Of a DNA stretch of 33,838 nt, positions 12,575-24,305 are shown one piece after another. Both the position numbers and the translations under genes were made by a program. A model generated the notes under the pieces. It saw only the letters and a list, made by a program, of their open reading frames with translations, was not told where the DNA came from and did not search any database. This DNA comes from Parasitella parasitica NRRL 2501 (lineage: Eukaryota; Fungi; Mucoromycota). Every line of letters begins with the position of its first letter. The stretch's first letter is position 1. Where the stretch lies: positions 122,372 to 156,209 of the forward strand of contig MU619311.1 of assembly GCA_025201805.1 (NCBI GenBank), read 5' to 3'.

Positions 12575-15500
12575 ATGGAGCCATCAGTACCGACAATTTT
12601 TTGGTACTCTGGTGGGCTAGTCATAGCTGCATGTGTCAGTGCAATTGCACTTTCCGTTCAGCGAGGAGTCTATCACAAGCAAATTCAACTACAAGACAAT
12701 TCAATTGAGCACCATTTGAAGACGGATGTAGCAAGAGACTCCAGTGTCCCTTATGCTGACTCAAATCGTTTGAATCGCATCACTTATGAAACCATCTTAC
12801 TAACGGCATTAGCTGCCTTGGATCTCAAAAGAGATGTCGAGCAGCAAGTGCTTGCTAATATGTGGACTATCTCGTCCTCCATATTCATACTCATCTCCTG
12901 GCTGTATGCCTCGGTGCTCGCTGCGATTTCTCGCCGTTATCAGCTCCCTAACCGCTGGGGATGGGTGTTGAATGTCCATCTATGCGCTTTGTACACTGCT
13001 GGCTGGATTGTTTCTATTGCCAAGCTTTGGCAAGTCACCGTTCTTGATTTGTCTTGGCCAGAGTGTCTTCCGTTCCTGCTGCCTGTTATCTTGGGACTCG
13101 ATCTTGTGTTTGTGACATTTACCGTAAAGCAGGGTCCACCGTTCCTGGACGAAAACTGTCGACAAGTCTCCAGCATCAATGTCGAATCTATTTTCGGCAT
13201 CCTGTTCATGAACTGGTGCACCAAAGTCGTCGATGTTGTCATCTGCAAAAAGTCGCTGCTCACTGACAAGGATTTACCGACTATGACGCCCAGCTTTCGA
13301 GCTTACAACATCTTCTACACATTTGGTGCCTCGCGCGGAAAAGACTTGATCACAAGATTGATCACGGGTAACTCCAAGGCTCTCTTACTGCAAGTCGCAC
13401 TGTCAATCGTATCGGCCATGCTTTATTATGCTCCTGCGTTCTTCATGAATCGTCTGCTCCAGTTTTTGCAAGACTACAATGACGGCGTTCAATTTGAACA
13501 TCCCATTCAGTATGGCGTTTTGATCGTTTTGGGAATGGGCATATCTATTGTTGTACTGGGTATTTTTGTAGGTCAACAGTGGTACTATGGTACGTATGAC
13601 ACATTGTCTTTATTTTATAGCTGTGTGCTGCATTGGCTGATTTCGATCTACTTGACATGTCTATAGCTTCTTGCGTGCTCCAGTCCAAGGTCAGGACGAT
13701 GCTCCATGTCGAAATTTACAGAAAGTCTCTTCGCCGCCGTGATCTTTCAGTGGCAGGTTCAAAGGAGCAAGACGACAAAAAAGAGGCTGAGGATGATGCG
13801 TCTGCCTCCACTGGTGCAATCGTCAACCTAATGGGTACGGATGCTAGTCGCATTGCTGATTTTAGTGCCCTGTGGTTTGTTATCATCGCTGCCCCTGTGG
13901 AACTAGCCATAGGCATATACTTTTTATACCAGCTTATGGGCATGGCCTGTATTTATGGTCTCTTGGTTATGGTAGTTATTCTCCCCATCAACCATTTCAA
14001 CTCGAAGTATTTTGCAAAGACGCAAGACCGCCTAATGAAGGCTCGTGATAAGCGTGTATCGCTTATGACCGAAGTATTACAAGGCATCCGTCAGATCAAG
14101 TTCTTTGCTTGGGAATCAAACTGGGAGAAACGGGTGATGGAGGCTAGAGGCGCTGAATTGCACCAACTGGCCATCACTTACCTCAACGGTGTATTCTTTT
14201 CTCTTGTCTGGCAGGGGTAAGTTGTTGTCGAGTTGATCGGTGTTAACGCGCACTAAAACAACCCGTATCTAGTGCACCCATCTTGGTTACTCTGGTCTCG
14301 TTCTTTGTATTTACAAAGATCCAGGGCAATGCACTGACCGCGCCTATCGCATTCACTGTCATCAGTATCTTTAGCGAACTTCGCTTTGCACTCAACGTCA
14401 TCCCTGAAACGATGATTCAAGCCATCCAAGCCTACAGCAGCATCAAACGTATCCAAAAGTTTTTGGATGAAGATGAGATTGAGTCGGTTGTGGCCCAAGA
14501 CCCCCACCAAATAGTCGATTTGAGCTTCGACCGGGCCACCATCGGATGGAAGGCGCCTACAGTCGCTTTTAATGTCGAGAATGTCGCTGAAGAGAGCTTT
14601 ATACTCAGGGATATAAGCGCCAAGTTCCCCAACAACGAGCTCAGTTTGATCAGTGGGGCCACTGGCTCTGGAAAGACCCTCATGTTGCTTGGCTTACTTG
14701 GTGAAGCTGTTTTGATTGATGGTGCCATCGCTTGTCCTCGCGTTCCCCTTGCAGAGACCATCGAATACGGAATTGACCATGTTTCTGCAGATATCAGTCT
14801 TGATGACTGGATCCTTGACCGTGCTTTAGCCTACGTCTCGCAATCGCCATGGTTGCAAAATGCCTCTATTCGCGACAACATTTTGTTTGGGCTGCCTTAC
14901 ATTGAAGCACGCTACAAGGAAACTTTATCTGCATGTGCTTTGGATAAGGACATGTCGATCTTGGAGGACGGCGACCGTACCGAAATTGGCGAAAAGGGCA
15001 TTACTCTGAGTGGCGGCCAAAAAGCTCGCGTAGCCCTTGCCAGAGCAGTGTACTCGCGTGCCAAGAATGTATTGATGGACGATGTCTTGAGTGCAGTTGA
15101 CGCTCACACAGCCAAGCATTTGTATGAACAGTGTCTTATGGGCCCCTTGATGAGGGATCGTACCCGTATTTTGGTCACTCATCACGTTCGCTTGTGTCTC
15201 AAAGGGTGTGGTCTTCTTGTGCATATTGAGAGTGGTCGTGCTAGACACGTTGGCTCTCCCGCTGAGCTACGCCAGTCTGGTCTACTGGCCCAAATTATTG
15301 AAGAGGAAGATCACGAAGCAGAGCAAGAAGATGCTGCTAACGAAACGACCCTCAAAGAAAACAACCCTGCCAATGCTGACGCCCAAGACTTGGAAGAATC
15401 TGCCGCTCGTACTTTGATTGAAGAAGAGGGACGTGCCTCTGGGGCTGTCAAGTTTAGATTGTACAAAATTTACTTTGGCATGGTGGGCAAGACTTTGTTC

Positions 15501-17498
15501 TGGATCACCATGTGCTTAATTGTATTTGGCGGACGAGGACTTGAAATTGGCGAAAGCTGGTGGGTCAAAACATGGGCTCAAGCTTATGATCGTTATTCTC
15601 ACAGACAAGGGCATGACAATGCTACTTTCACGTTATTCACCAACGCATCAAGTCCTGGCGCATACTCTTTTGGCATGTATATGATGTCTGGTTATCAGGC
15701 AAATGCCATCCCTATCAATGGAAAACCAGCCTACGATGGACCCTCTGACGGGCAAATCCATCTCAACTACTATTTAGGCATATATTGTATCATTACTATG
15801 AGCAATGTTGTGGTAGGTGCTCTTCGTTACGGTTATCTCTACTGGGGCGCTCTTCGTGCAAACAGGAATTTATATGCTGAACTTCTCCACCGTGTTTTCC
15901 GTGCCCCTCTTCGTTTCTTTGACACTACACCCATGGGTCGCATCCTCAATCGTTTCTCCAAAGACTTTGAGTCTGTTGACTCCAGAATCCCTACAGATTT
16001 TATGATTTTCTGGATTAACTGGCTAGTGATCATCTCATCTGCAGTTACAGTGTGCTGTGTCCTCCCTACGTTTATTCTTCCTATGGTTGTCGTCACAGCT
16101 GTCAATATTCTCATCGGTATGAACTATGTGAGAAGTTCTCGCGAACTGAAACGTCTTGATTCTGTCACTCGGTCTCCTCTATTCTCCAACTTTACAGAGA
16201 CTATCTCTGGTGTTGCTACTATCCGTGCTTTTGGTGCATCCCGACGCTTTTTACGAGTCATGATGGATTGCATTGATGCTAATGTACGTCCATTCTTCTA
16301 CTCCTGGGCCGTCAATCGTTGGGTGAGTGTCCGCTATTCTATTTCCTCAGCTGCTATCAATTTTGCTGCTTGCGCTTTTACTTTATGGAACTTTGGTAGA
16401 CTCGACGTTTCTTTGGCAGGCTTTGGCTTGAGCTTTGTTTTGATGTTTACTGACAGTATGTTTTGGGGTGTCCGTCAATACACTAATCTTGAAATGAGCT
16501 TCAATGCCATTGAACGAATTGTTGAATTTATGGAAATGGACCAGGAAGCACCTGCCATTACCAAGTTGCGTCCTCCGCCTCAGTGGCCGATGCAAGGTGC
16601 GATAGAAGTTAGCGACCTGGAGATCCGGTATGCTGCTGATCTGGACCCTGTCATCAAGGACCTCTCCTTTTCTGTCAAGCCCCGCGAGAAGATTGGCATT
16701 GTTGGTAGAACTGGCAGTGGTAAATCCACATTGGCTCTTTCATTCTTCCGTTTTGTTGAAGCTTCAGCTGGCTCTATTGTGATTGACGGCATTGATATCA
16801 AAGACTTGGGCACTGAGGATCTTCGCTCCAGCTTGACCATCATTCCTCAAGACCCCACTCTATTCTCTGGAACGCTCCGTTCAAACATGGACCCCTTTGA
16901 TCAGTTTGAAGATGAAGCTATCTATGCTGCGTTGCGTCGGGTTCACTTGCTTTCTGATGTAGATAACCCATCAGCTGCTAGTAGTGTTTATAGTAGCAAT
17001 AACAGCACAAACGAGGTCAATGCCAATGTATTTAAGGATTTGTCCACAATGGTGAGCGAGGGCGGCAAGAACTTTTCTCAAGGTCAGCGGCAGCTGCTGT
17101 GTCTCGGCCGTGCTCTACTCAAGAGAACTGGCATTGTTTTGATGGATGAAGCAACTGCAAGCGTTGATTTCGAGACTGATAAAGCTATCCAAAAGACGAT
17201 TGCCACCGAGTTTTCGGACAGTACTATTCTCTGCATTGCACATAGATTACATACGGTCATTGAATATGATCGCATCCTCGTCCTTGATCAGGGACGGATT
17301 CAAGAATTTGACAAGTAAGTACAACATAGAATTACATTGCTTTTTCTCTTTTTCATTTAATATTGACTGTTTGAGCATAGTCCTTACACCCTGATTAACA
17401 ACCCTGGGTCTTCTTTTTATAAAATGTGCCGGAACTCTGGCGAATTTGAGCAATTGTATGAACTCGCCGAATCGAAACACCAAATTTTTAATGTGTAG
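12575..17498 (+). CDS. Full-size ABCC (MRP/Ybt1/Bpt1-like) ABC transporter
   Basis: Exons 12575-13589, 13667-14216, 14273-17314, 17381-17498. Architecture: N-terminal TM extension, TMD1, NBD1, TMD2, NBD2. NBD1 has GATGSGKT, LSGGQ and VLMDDVLSAVD. TMD2 has FFDTTPMGRILNRFSKD. NBD2 has GRTGSGKS, FSQGQ, LMDEATASVD and IAHRL. Confidence 0.95.
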
Positions 17499-17745
17499 AA
17501 GCTGTCTTGTATATTGAATGAAATAAATCATATTTATATAAAAATGTGCTTTATCACTGGATTTGAATGATCACTGTATATTGTATGCGTAAATCTGACA
17601 TCCCCATCAATACCACCAGAATCACTCATCACATAAGCCCCCCCCCCCTTTGCAAATACAACTACTACAATATCTAATTCTAATTCTATTATCTACATTA
17701 CTTACAGAAAAAAAAAAGTCTAAATTGTTGGTGCGCAACATCAGG

Positions 17746-20450
17746 CTACCAAAAGCGGTTTTGCTGTTGCTGCTGCTGTGATTGTTGCTGCTCGTATCGT
17801 TGCTGTTCGTATTGTTGCTGTTCATATTGCTGCTGCAATTGTAGCTGCCTTTGCTGTGGCTGTATCTGATCCATCCCAACAGCTGATAGTCCCTCGTTGT
17901 TATTTTGAGGTTGCTGATCTGGCATTTGCTGCTGCTGGCTAAAATAGCTGTTCCATTCATCAATATCAAACGACATGGGCACGCCCCAGAAAGCAGTGCC
18001 GATGGGATCAAAAGGTCGATCGCCAGTATCGTAACTAATACTAGGCTGGCCCCCTCCTGCTCTTGTAGTGGGGGTCGATGCAAAAGTGTTATTAGGTGGC
18101 GTGGTATTATATGCAAGTGATGTGGATTGTGCGCTTGTTGTATTATTGCTATTATTGTACGGTGAATCTGCTGTTATACTCTCATTTTTGATACTGACAG
18201 GGATATTGCTGGCGTACTGTGTAAAGTATTCAGGAAACTTGTGTTCTGTGCCGCGTTGTGCATCAATAGGGTTTCTAAATTCCAAAGGTGATGGCAGTGG
18301 CGCTTCGTTGTTGAGTGGCATAATGGGGGAATTGGGCACAGCAATAGACAGTGGCTCTGGCGGCTTCAATGTGTCGCTGGTAGCTACAGGTCTATTATAG
18401 CCTTCGTCCACATTTTCTAAATTGATGTCTCGTAAACCTGCCAATTCACCCAAGATGTTACAATGGCGAGCAGATGTGATCCATGTCTTTTCCACTTCGT
18501 CCATGGCGCGAATGATCTTGTTGATACTGATCTTTGCCTCAAAGGCAAACATAGAGTCTGATGATAGCGCATCGTTGATAAAGATAATGCCAGCTGTAAA
18601 CATAAAGTATAATGCATAGTTGTTGACATTCTTGAGTCTGCCTTCCGCCATTAAGCATTCGACAATGTCCAAGATCTTGTTGGCGGAAAACGTACAAATT
18701 GAGGCTGATGGGAACACAGAGGGCATCTCTGTCTGTGTAGGTCCTGGGATAAAAGGCCGATGAAGCAGTATCAGACTAGTGTAGAACAGCATGTGGATTT
18801 GGCAGATCTCTAGCTTTGGTGCTGGTGCTTTTTCGGCCATGCGTGTATTTGGAGGTCGATATTGAAGACATGGCGGTAAGTTGGTCATCCATTTGTTGAG
18901 CGCGCGGTCAAGTTTGGAGATCACTGTGTCAGGAGATGCCATCATTGAAATTTGCTTCCTACCCTTTACCATGTACAGTTGGCAAAGAATCTCGCCTAGA
19001 ATCTCACATAGTTTGATCAGCTGATGGAATTCTTCCATGATTGTTGGTTTGTTATTTTTATCATCCTCATCCACCTCAGACGGGTAAGGCGTGTCTAAAT
19101 CGCGCGCATCAATCATAGGAGCTCTTCCATGCATAGCACAGGTCAATCGATCCACTACAAAACTGCAATAAAACACTCGTTTTCTTTCCTCTTTTTCGGC
19201 ATCTGACAGATTCCAAGTATCACAGTTTCTATTCAACCCTAAATTCTGACACATTCGGAACGCCTATCGAATCAAATATCAGTATCTGAAAAGATCGCCA
19301 TAGGTGAGGATCTTGAACTTACTAAACCACTGTAGAGCCAACCACGAATGTTTTTGAGAGCGCCATTTTGATGACTACTAAGCAGTAACAAAGATTGCAC
19401 AGTAGACACCTTGAAGTCATCCCATTCAAAATCCAGTAATATCCTAGCTCTTTCCAAAAAGATATCACCAGCAGTATCACGCAAAGCCGGATCAGATCTC
19501 ACTCTCAAGTCGGGCGATATACGAGACGCGACACAGTAAATAGCATTCAACAGCAGCGGCGGAGGAGGTGTTTGATTGGACTCGAGTGACGCCAGGAATG
19601 ACTTTTTGTGCAAGAGTGGCAACAATGGATAGAAATGGGTAAAGTACAAATCAAGCAAGTGTTTCGATAAATCAGGAGAAGGTAATTCAAAGGGATCGAC
19701 GGCTAAAGGATTTGGCAGAACGTTTTGACCGTCAGGACGCTTTGTACGATGATAGCCTCTGGAATTAAAATGGAATGCACCATTTTGAAAATTCTTGCTG
19801 CCTCTCAACATGTAAAAACCAGAAGATTTGCCATAATAACGTAATTGGCCGCTTTCGTCGATAGACAGATTTCCAAGAGTTTCGTTAGCGTTTTCTTCGC
19901 TGGAGTTCGCTTGCGGAATATGCTCATCATCATTGGAAGCAGAAATAGAAGGTGCGTCGTGTAACACAGCTTCGTTGGAATGATGAATTTGGTCATCATG
20001 GCCATCTTTGCGAGCAGGGCGAGGTCGAACTAGTTCACCGTAAGCAGTTTCCAAAGGAGAATTCAATTCAGCTAATATAGCCTGAGAGCGAGGGTCGTCT
20101 TCTTGGATAATGCTACCCAGCAATGCCTCTAGTCTATGCAACCTTCCTTCAATAGCTTCAATATAACCTTTTGGGGGGCCTCTCTAGAATAAGCAATATG
20201 ATTAAATTGTAATGCAATGCATTGGTTGCTATGGTTACCAACCTTCTTGGTCGATTCTTTGTATGTACATGGCAACCCTAATGATACACAATTGCTGCAT
20301 ACTGCTTGAGCACCATCACATTTGACTTTTTTCTTTCTGCACTGCTCACTAGATAAAATCAAATGTTGAGTAAATCAGGGCTGCAATGGAGCTGTTCTGG
20401 TATTACCATGCTTTACTAACACGCTGTCGTTTACTATGTTCATCCGGCAT
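17746..20450 (-). CDS. Zn(II)2Cys6 transcription factor with fungal-specific TF (middle homology) domain
   Basis: Exons 20450-20407, 20348-20243, 20183-19323, 19263-17746. Spliced N-terminus reads KRQRVSKACEQCRKKKVKCDGAQAVCSNCVSLGLPCTYKESTKKRGPPKGYIEAIE. Middle domain has LYFTHFYPLLPLLHK, AFRMCQNLGLNR and EERKRVFYCSFVVDR. Gln-rich tail. Confidence 0.94.
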
Positions 20451-20473
20451 ATTTTCACGCTTTCAATTGATTT

Positions 20474-20475
<2 letters not shown>

Positions 20476-20542
<67 letters not shown>
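20476..20542. repeat. Poly(A)/poly(T) tract (~67 nt)
   Basis: Uninterrupted A run ~25 bp upstream of the Zn2Cys6 start codon. The length may be an assembly artefact. Confidence 0.85.
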
Positions 20543-20545
<3 letters not shown>

Positions 20546-20716
20546 TGCTTAAACAGAGACACGGATGTATGACATTGATTGAAACTCCAAAAAATGTTTG
20601 GGCAAGAATTAATTTTATTACATTTATGCCGAGAAATTTGATATTGTGATGTATTTACATTTCATTTAGAAAAAATCAAGTACAACTGAGAGAAGAAAAC
20701 CGTCAGCCAGCGAAAA

Positions 20717-21712
20717 TTACCGCTTAGAATAACCAGCACAGGTCCACATGATCAGCTTCCAGACAACTGCAATGCCAGCTAAACCTGCCACCACAATACC
20801 ACCATAAAACAGACCGTTATGAAGAACAGTATTACATAAAGTACCGCATGCATCCTGAGCGGCCTCCGTTATGCTGCTACATTGATTGCTGCATTTATCT
20901 GAAACCACTTTGGACGCTATGATCATGGCAATCCCAGCTGCCACAAACGCACAGCTAATCAATAGGCAAAAGAACGAACAACATGTAATGGCTGGATTGT
21001 AGCAGCAGCAATTGCAGCCACGCCTTCTTTGTTCTTGTGGAGGCCTGTATCTGTAGGAATCTGCTTCCTTCTCGGGCGCAATTGTCGGTTTAGCCATATA
21101 TGGCTCGTATTGTAGCTGTTGTTGTTGTTGTTTTTGCTTTTTTTCTAATTTCTTTTGTTCCTTCTTACTTAAAATGGGTTTTTGTACCATCGGCGTCTTT
21201 TCTGCTTCTTCATAATCTTCTTTGGCAAATGAGTTTAACGGGATCACTTGGTTCGGTCTAGAAGTGATCACATCTGACGCTGCTGTTGCTCCGGGCGATG
21301 ATGATGATTCGTTATGGTATGGTGTAGGCTGATGGCTGTGTCGAAGGTATTCTTCTCTTTCCTGTCTTAGGTATTCATCAAGCGATTGTCCATGAGGATC
21401 GTGGTAGTCATTTATACCTTGCACCTGTCTTTCCTCGTCTAAAGTATGGCCATACATCTGAGGCTGGTAGTAGTTGTTTACAACAGGTGGCGGAGGTGGT
21501 AAGGGCGTGTATGTCTCTGGCTGGGTTTGTGCCATGATGGGTGGTTGTGGAAGTGGTGTTGAATACTCAGGATATGATGGCTCTGGGGAAAAAGCGGCAG
21601 GGCTGGTGGTAGGCGGATGTTCTGCTACTGGATCTTGAAGAGGAGGTGGGGGAGGATACTGGCCAGCAAATGGATCTGGATGATTTGAATTGCTGTTGTT
21701 GTGAGAATACAT
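20717..21712 (-). CDS. Uncharacterised Pro/Gln-rich protein with a Cys cluster and two C-terminal TM helices
   Basis: Single 331-aa ORF: disordered Pro/Tyr/Gln-rich N-terminus, RRRGCNCCCYNPAITCC, a hydrophobic helix, a Cys-containing loop and a second hydrophobic helix. Confidence 0.8.
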   Translation of the reverse strand: MYSHNNSNSNHPDPFAGQYPPPPPLQDPVAEHPPTTSPAAFSPEPSYPEYSTPLPQPPIMAQTQPETYTPLPPPPPVVNNYYQPQMYGHTLDEERQVQGINDYHDPHGQSLDEYLRQEREEYLRHSHQPTPYHNESSSSPGATAASDVITSRPNQVIPLNSFAKEDYEEAEKTPMVQKPILSKKEQKKLEKKQKQQQQQLQYEPYMAKPTIAPEKEADSYRYRPPQEQRRRGCNCCCYNPAITCCSFFCLLISCAFVAAGIAMIIASKVVSDKCSNQCSSITEAAQDACGTLCNTVLHNGLFYGGIVVAGLAGIAVVWKLIMWTCAGYSKR

Positions 21713-24073
21713 TTTTTTGTTGAAATAAAATATAAAAGAAATGAAAAGGCAAACAAAGATAAAACGGATGCGGAAGAATTTTATATTTTATTGTATTCAT
21801 ATTTATTTTTAGAATTCATTATATATAGACAAAAGATATTATAACCTTTTCTTGGCGATATATCACAACTTTTCCTTGTTCTGGCTGGGGTTTTTCTCAA
21901 TCTATAAAGATGCATCACACAATAATACTTTCAGCCTCATTGTGCAGCAAATCTTGGAAGTAAGAATCCATGAAATGGCCACCGATGACTTCATTTAATA
22001 CCAAAAAAGCAGAAGAAACAAATAGGGGAACAATAAAACTGCAAGTCTGTCAACTTCAAGTTACGGTATGAGAACTTTGCATTTTTGCTTAACTCTTTAC
22101 GACTGACTAGAACTGCTCAACTGGATTGAGCAGTGGAGAGTAGAATAGTAAATAAGCATAGCGACATCTTTTTAGTATCCGGGATAATGATTATTTGATA
22201 TGCTCTTTAACCATTATCATGGACAAGAAAGAATTAAAACGAAATTCATTCTATTGCGTGGAAACAGACGGGGGAAGATAATAGGTTGCTACGCAGTCGT
22301 AGAGACTATGATCCATGGGAATACAAAAGATCACTGAACTAATGGGTGTAGTGGCTAGTGATAGATTTGCGTTTGCGAGATGTTTTGGGATCAATATTTG
22401 CAAGTAGCTTGTATGCGAACAGCTTGTATTATAATCTTCATGACCTCGTCCAGTTGCCTTTGTATTCTATTTTGCAACTCTCTTTTCATACCCTTCCGCC
22501 TCATAAATTGCGTAGAATCTTTTGCTGATTCCACGACGAGCACAGTTGATGCTTAACGGATATCAATAGGTGAAAGATGTCTTACAGCATGAATTCATTG
22601 TATACAATTTTTATCAAATCGATTCAACGGCAACCTCGTGTTATTACTTATGCTTTGAACTCGTTGTCAATTTCAACCAGGAGACACTATTGATAAATTC
22701 TACCGGACAACATGCACATGAGTAAAATGCCATTTGCATCATACTCTGCAACGATATCCTCATTTCCGTTCGACATCTTTAGAAGAGACCCACATAGAAG
22801 CTTCCATGTCGCTTGAATCAAAAATACTGGGATTTCCATTGTTGAAACGACATCGCATTGCTTCAACTGGAAATCCCCGTCTTTTCTATCGTCTTTATTT
22901 ATTACTTTTATTAATATTTTTTCCTCATGTTTGCTTTGTACGTTTTCAAAGTTATCAACATCAGCAGAAGAATAATCCAGAACGCTTTTTGATTGACCAT
23001 TTTTGATGACCTGTTTTGGAGGAAATTTGGTCGATTAATAGTTTCAGCCCATCAACGCATTATGTCCTGAGAACCCAAGGACCTTTTCAAAATTGAAAAA
23101 TTGCAATGTAATATATTCTTTATTGCAGCTAGAACATACCTTCCGGATTGCGGGCAAACTCCAGTGAATGTGAGTGCAACATACTTTTCTAAGCACCTTT
23201 TTATTACGGAAACATGATCATTGCTATATGAGCACAACTTGATGCGCAAAATCAGTTTTTTTTTCTTCTAAATAATCATAAGTAACAGATATTTAGTCTT
23301 AACTTCTGCTAAGAGAACCGTAGAACTGCAATGCTGTAGAGGTTGTCCAACGAATGTTTTTGATCCTATAGGAAACAGCAGCTAGCTTATTAAAGTTTGA
23401 TGGTAATGGCTCAAATTTTAACACTTCATACAAACTAACATAAATAAATTATAATACAGTGTACAGCTGAGCAAACCTTACATTCACATCATAGTTGCTG
23501 AGTCGTAAGTATGTTACATCATTAGATTGGCGAATCGAAAAATTGAAGAATGAGCGTTCAGCCTGCTGTCGTTCTAACACTCAAAAAGAGAGAAGTGAAT
23601 GGTAGATTTTGGTTGTAATCTTCCGCCGGCAGCATTTGGCTCATCAAAAGAGACCCCAGCAAAGTTAAATGCTTGCAATATGCCACTTTGAAATTGCAAC
23701 AGCATATGCAAGGACTTTAATATTTACTTATCGAATATCATGAAGACAATGATATTTCTCAAAGTATATCTTACTTGGCAATCACTTCCAGTCGGCTTCG
23801 TACCGATTGAGAGAGGCGACACTAAAGATTAGTGTGAGAATGGATATTATGGGTTTTATGGGTTTTGGAGAAGTCATCCACCAACTCTTCATTTTAGGAA
23901 GTCCAGAATTCATTTCTCGACATTTTGAGGATCTCTTTATCTTCACAATAGTCTAGGGTAATCAAGCCCACGTCCTCAAAACATTAAAGGGTGGAAGAGC
24001 AGAGCAAGTAGCATTTAAATCGACACCTGAGTTGCAGGAATCGGAGAGTATTGTTGTAAGATTGATCTCTTTA

Positions 24074-24212
24074 CAGTTGACGAAACTAGGTTGGGCCAAT
24101 GAAAATAAATTTTGGTCATTTCCAAATTGAGTTGGGACACGATTACAAAAATGGGTCACCAATACGAAAATGGGACAACAAGATGAAAATGGGACATGAG
24201 TACGAACATGGA
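24074..24212 (+). repeat. Left TIR (core 24074-24136) plus four 19-bp subterminal repeats
   Basis: Core CAGTTGACGAAACTAGGTTGGGCCAATGAAAATAAATTTTGGTCATTTCCAAATTGAGTTGGG. Units: ACACGATTACAAAAATGGG, TCACCAATACGAAAATGGG, ACAACAAGATGAAAATGGG and the degenerate ACATGAGTACGAACATGGA. Confidence 0.92.
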
Positions 24213-24224
24213 GACAATGTTAGT

Positions 24225-24305
24225 ATCTTTCAGAAGAGTCAGAATTGTTACAGCTTCTTACCTGCAATATCTTTAAGTTGCTGACTCACCGGAGTGAGCA
24301 ACAAC
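24225..24305 (-). ncRNA. Candidate Fanzor omegaRNA scaffold (boundaries uncertain)
   Basis: Minus-strand sequence across the Fanzor stop codon has three stems: GUUGCU-CAC-UCCG-GUG-AGUC-AGCAAC, GAGUCAG (24287-24281) pairing with CUGACUC (24242-24236), and an inner UUGCAG-GUAAGAAG-CUGUAA. The position matches where TnpB/Fanzor omegaRNAs are encoded. Confidence 0.5.

Noticed and set aside
12940-18629. Many short ORFs overlapping the ABC transporter and Zn2Cys6 genes
   Set aside because: They are shadow ORFs of long coding exons with no independent support.
20386-20649. ORF encoding a poly-Lys run
   Set aside because: It is only the translation of the poly(A) tract upstream of the Zn2Cys6 gene.
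24137-24212. Regularly phased repeats next to a Cas12-related gene, considered as a mini CRISPR array
   Set aside because: The units are contiguous 19-mers with no spacer-sized unique segments, and they are mirrored at the other end of the element. They are subterminal TIR repeats.
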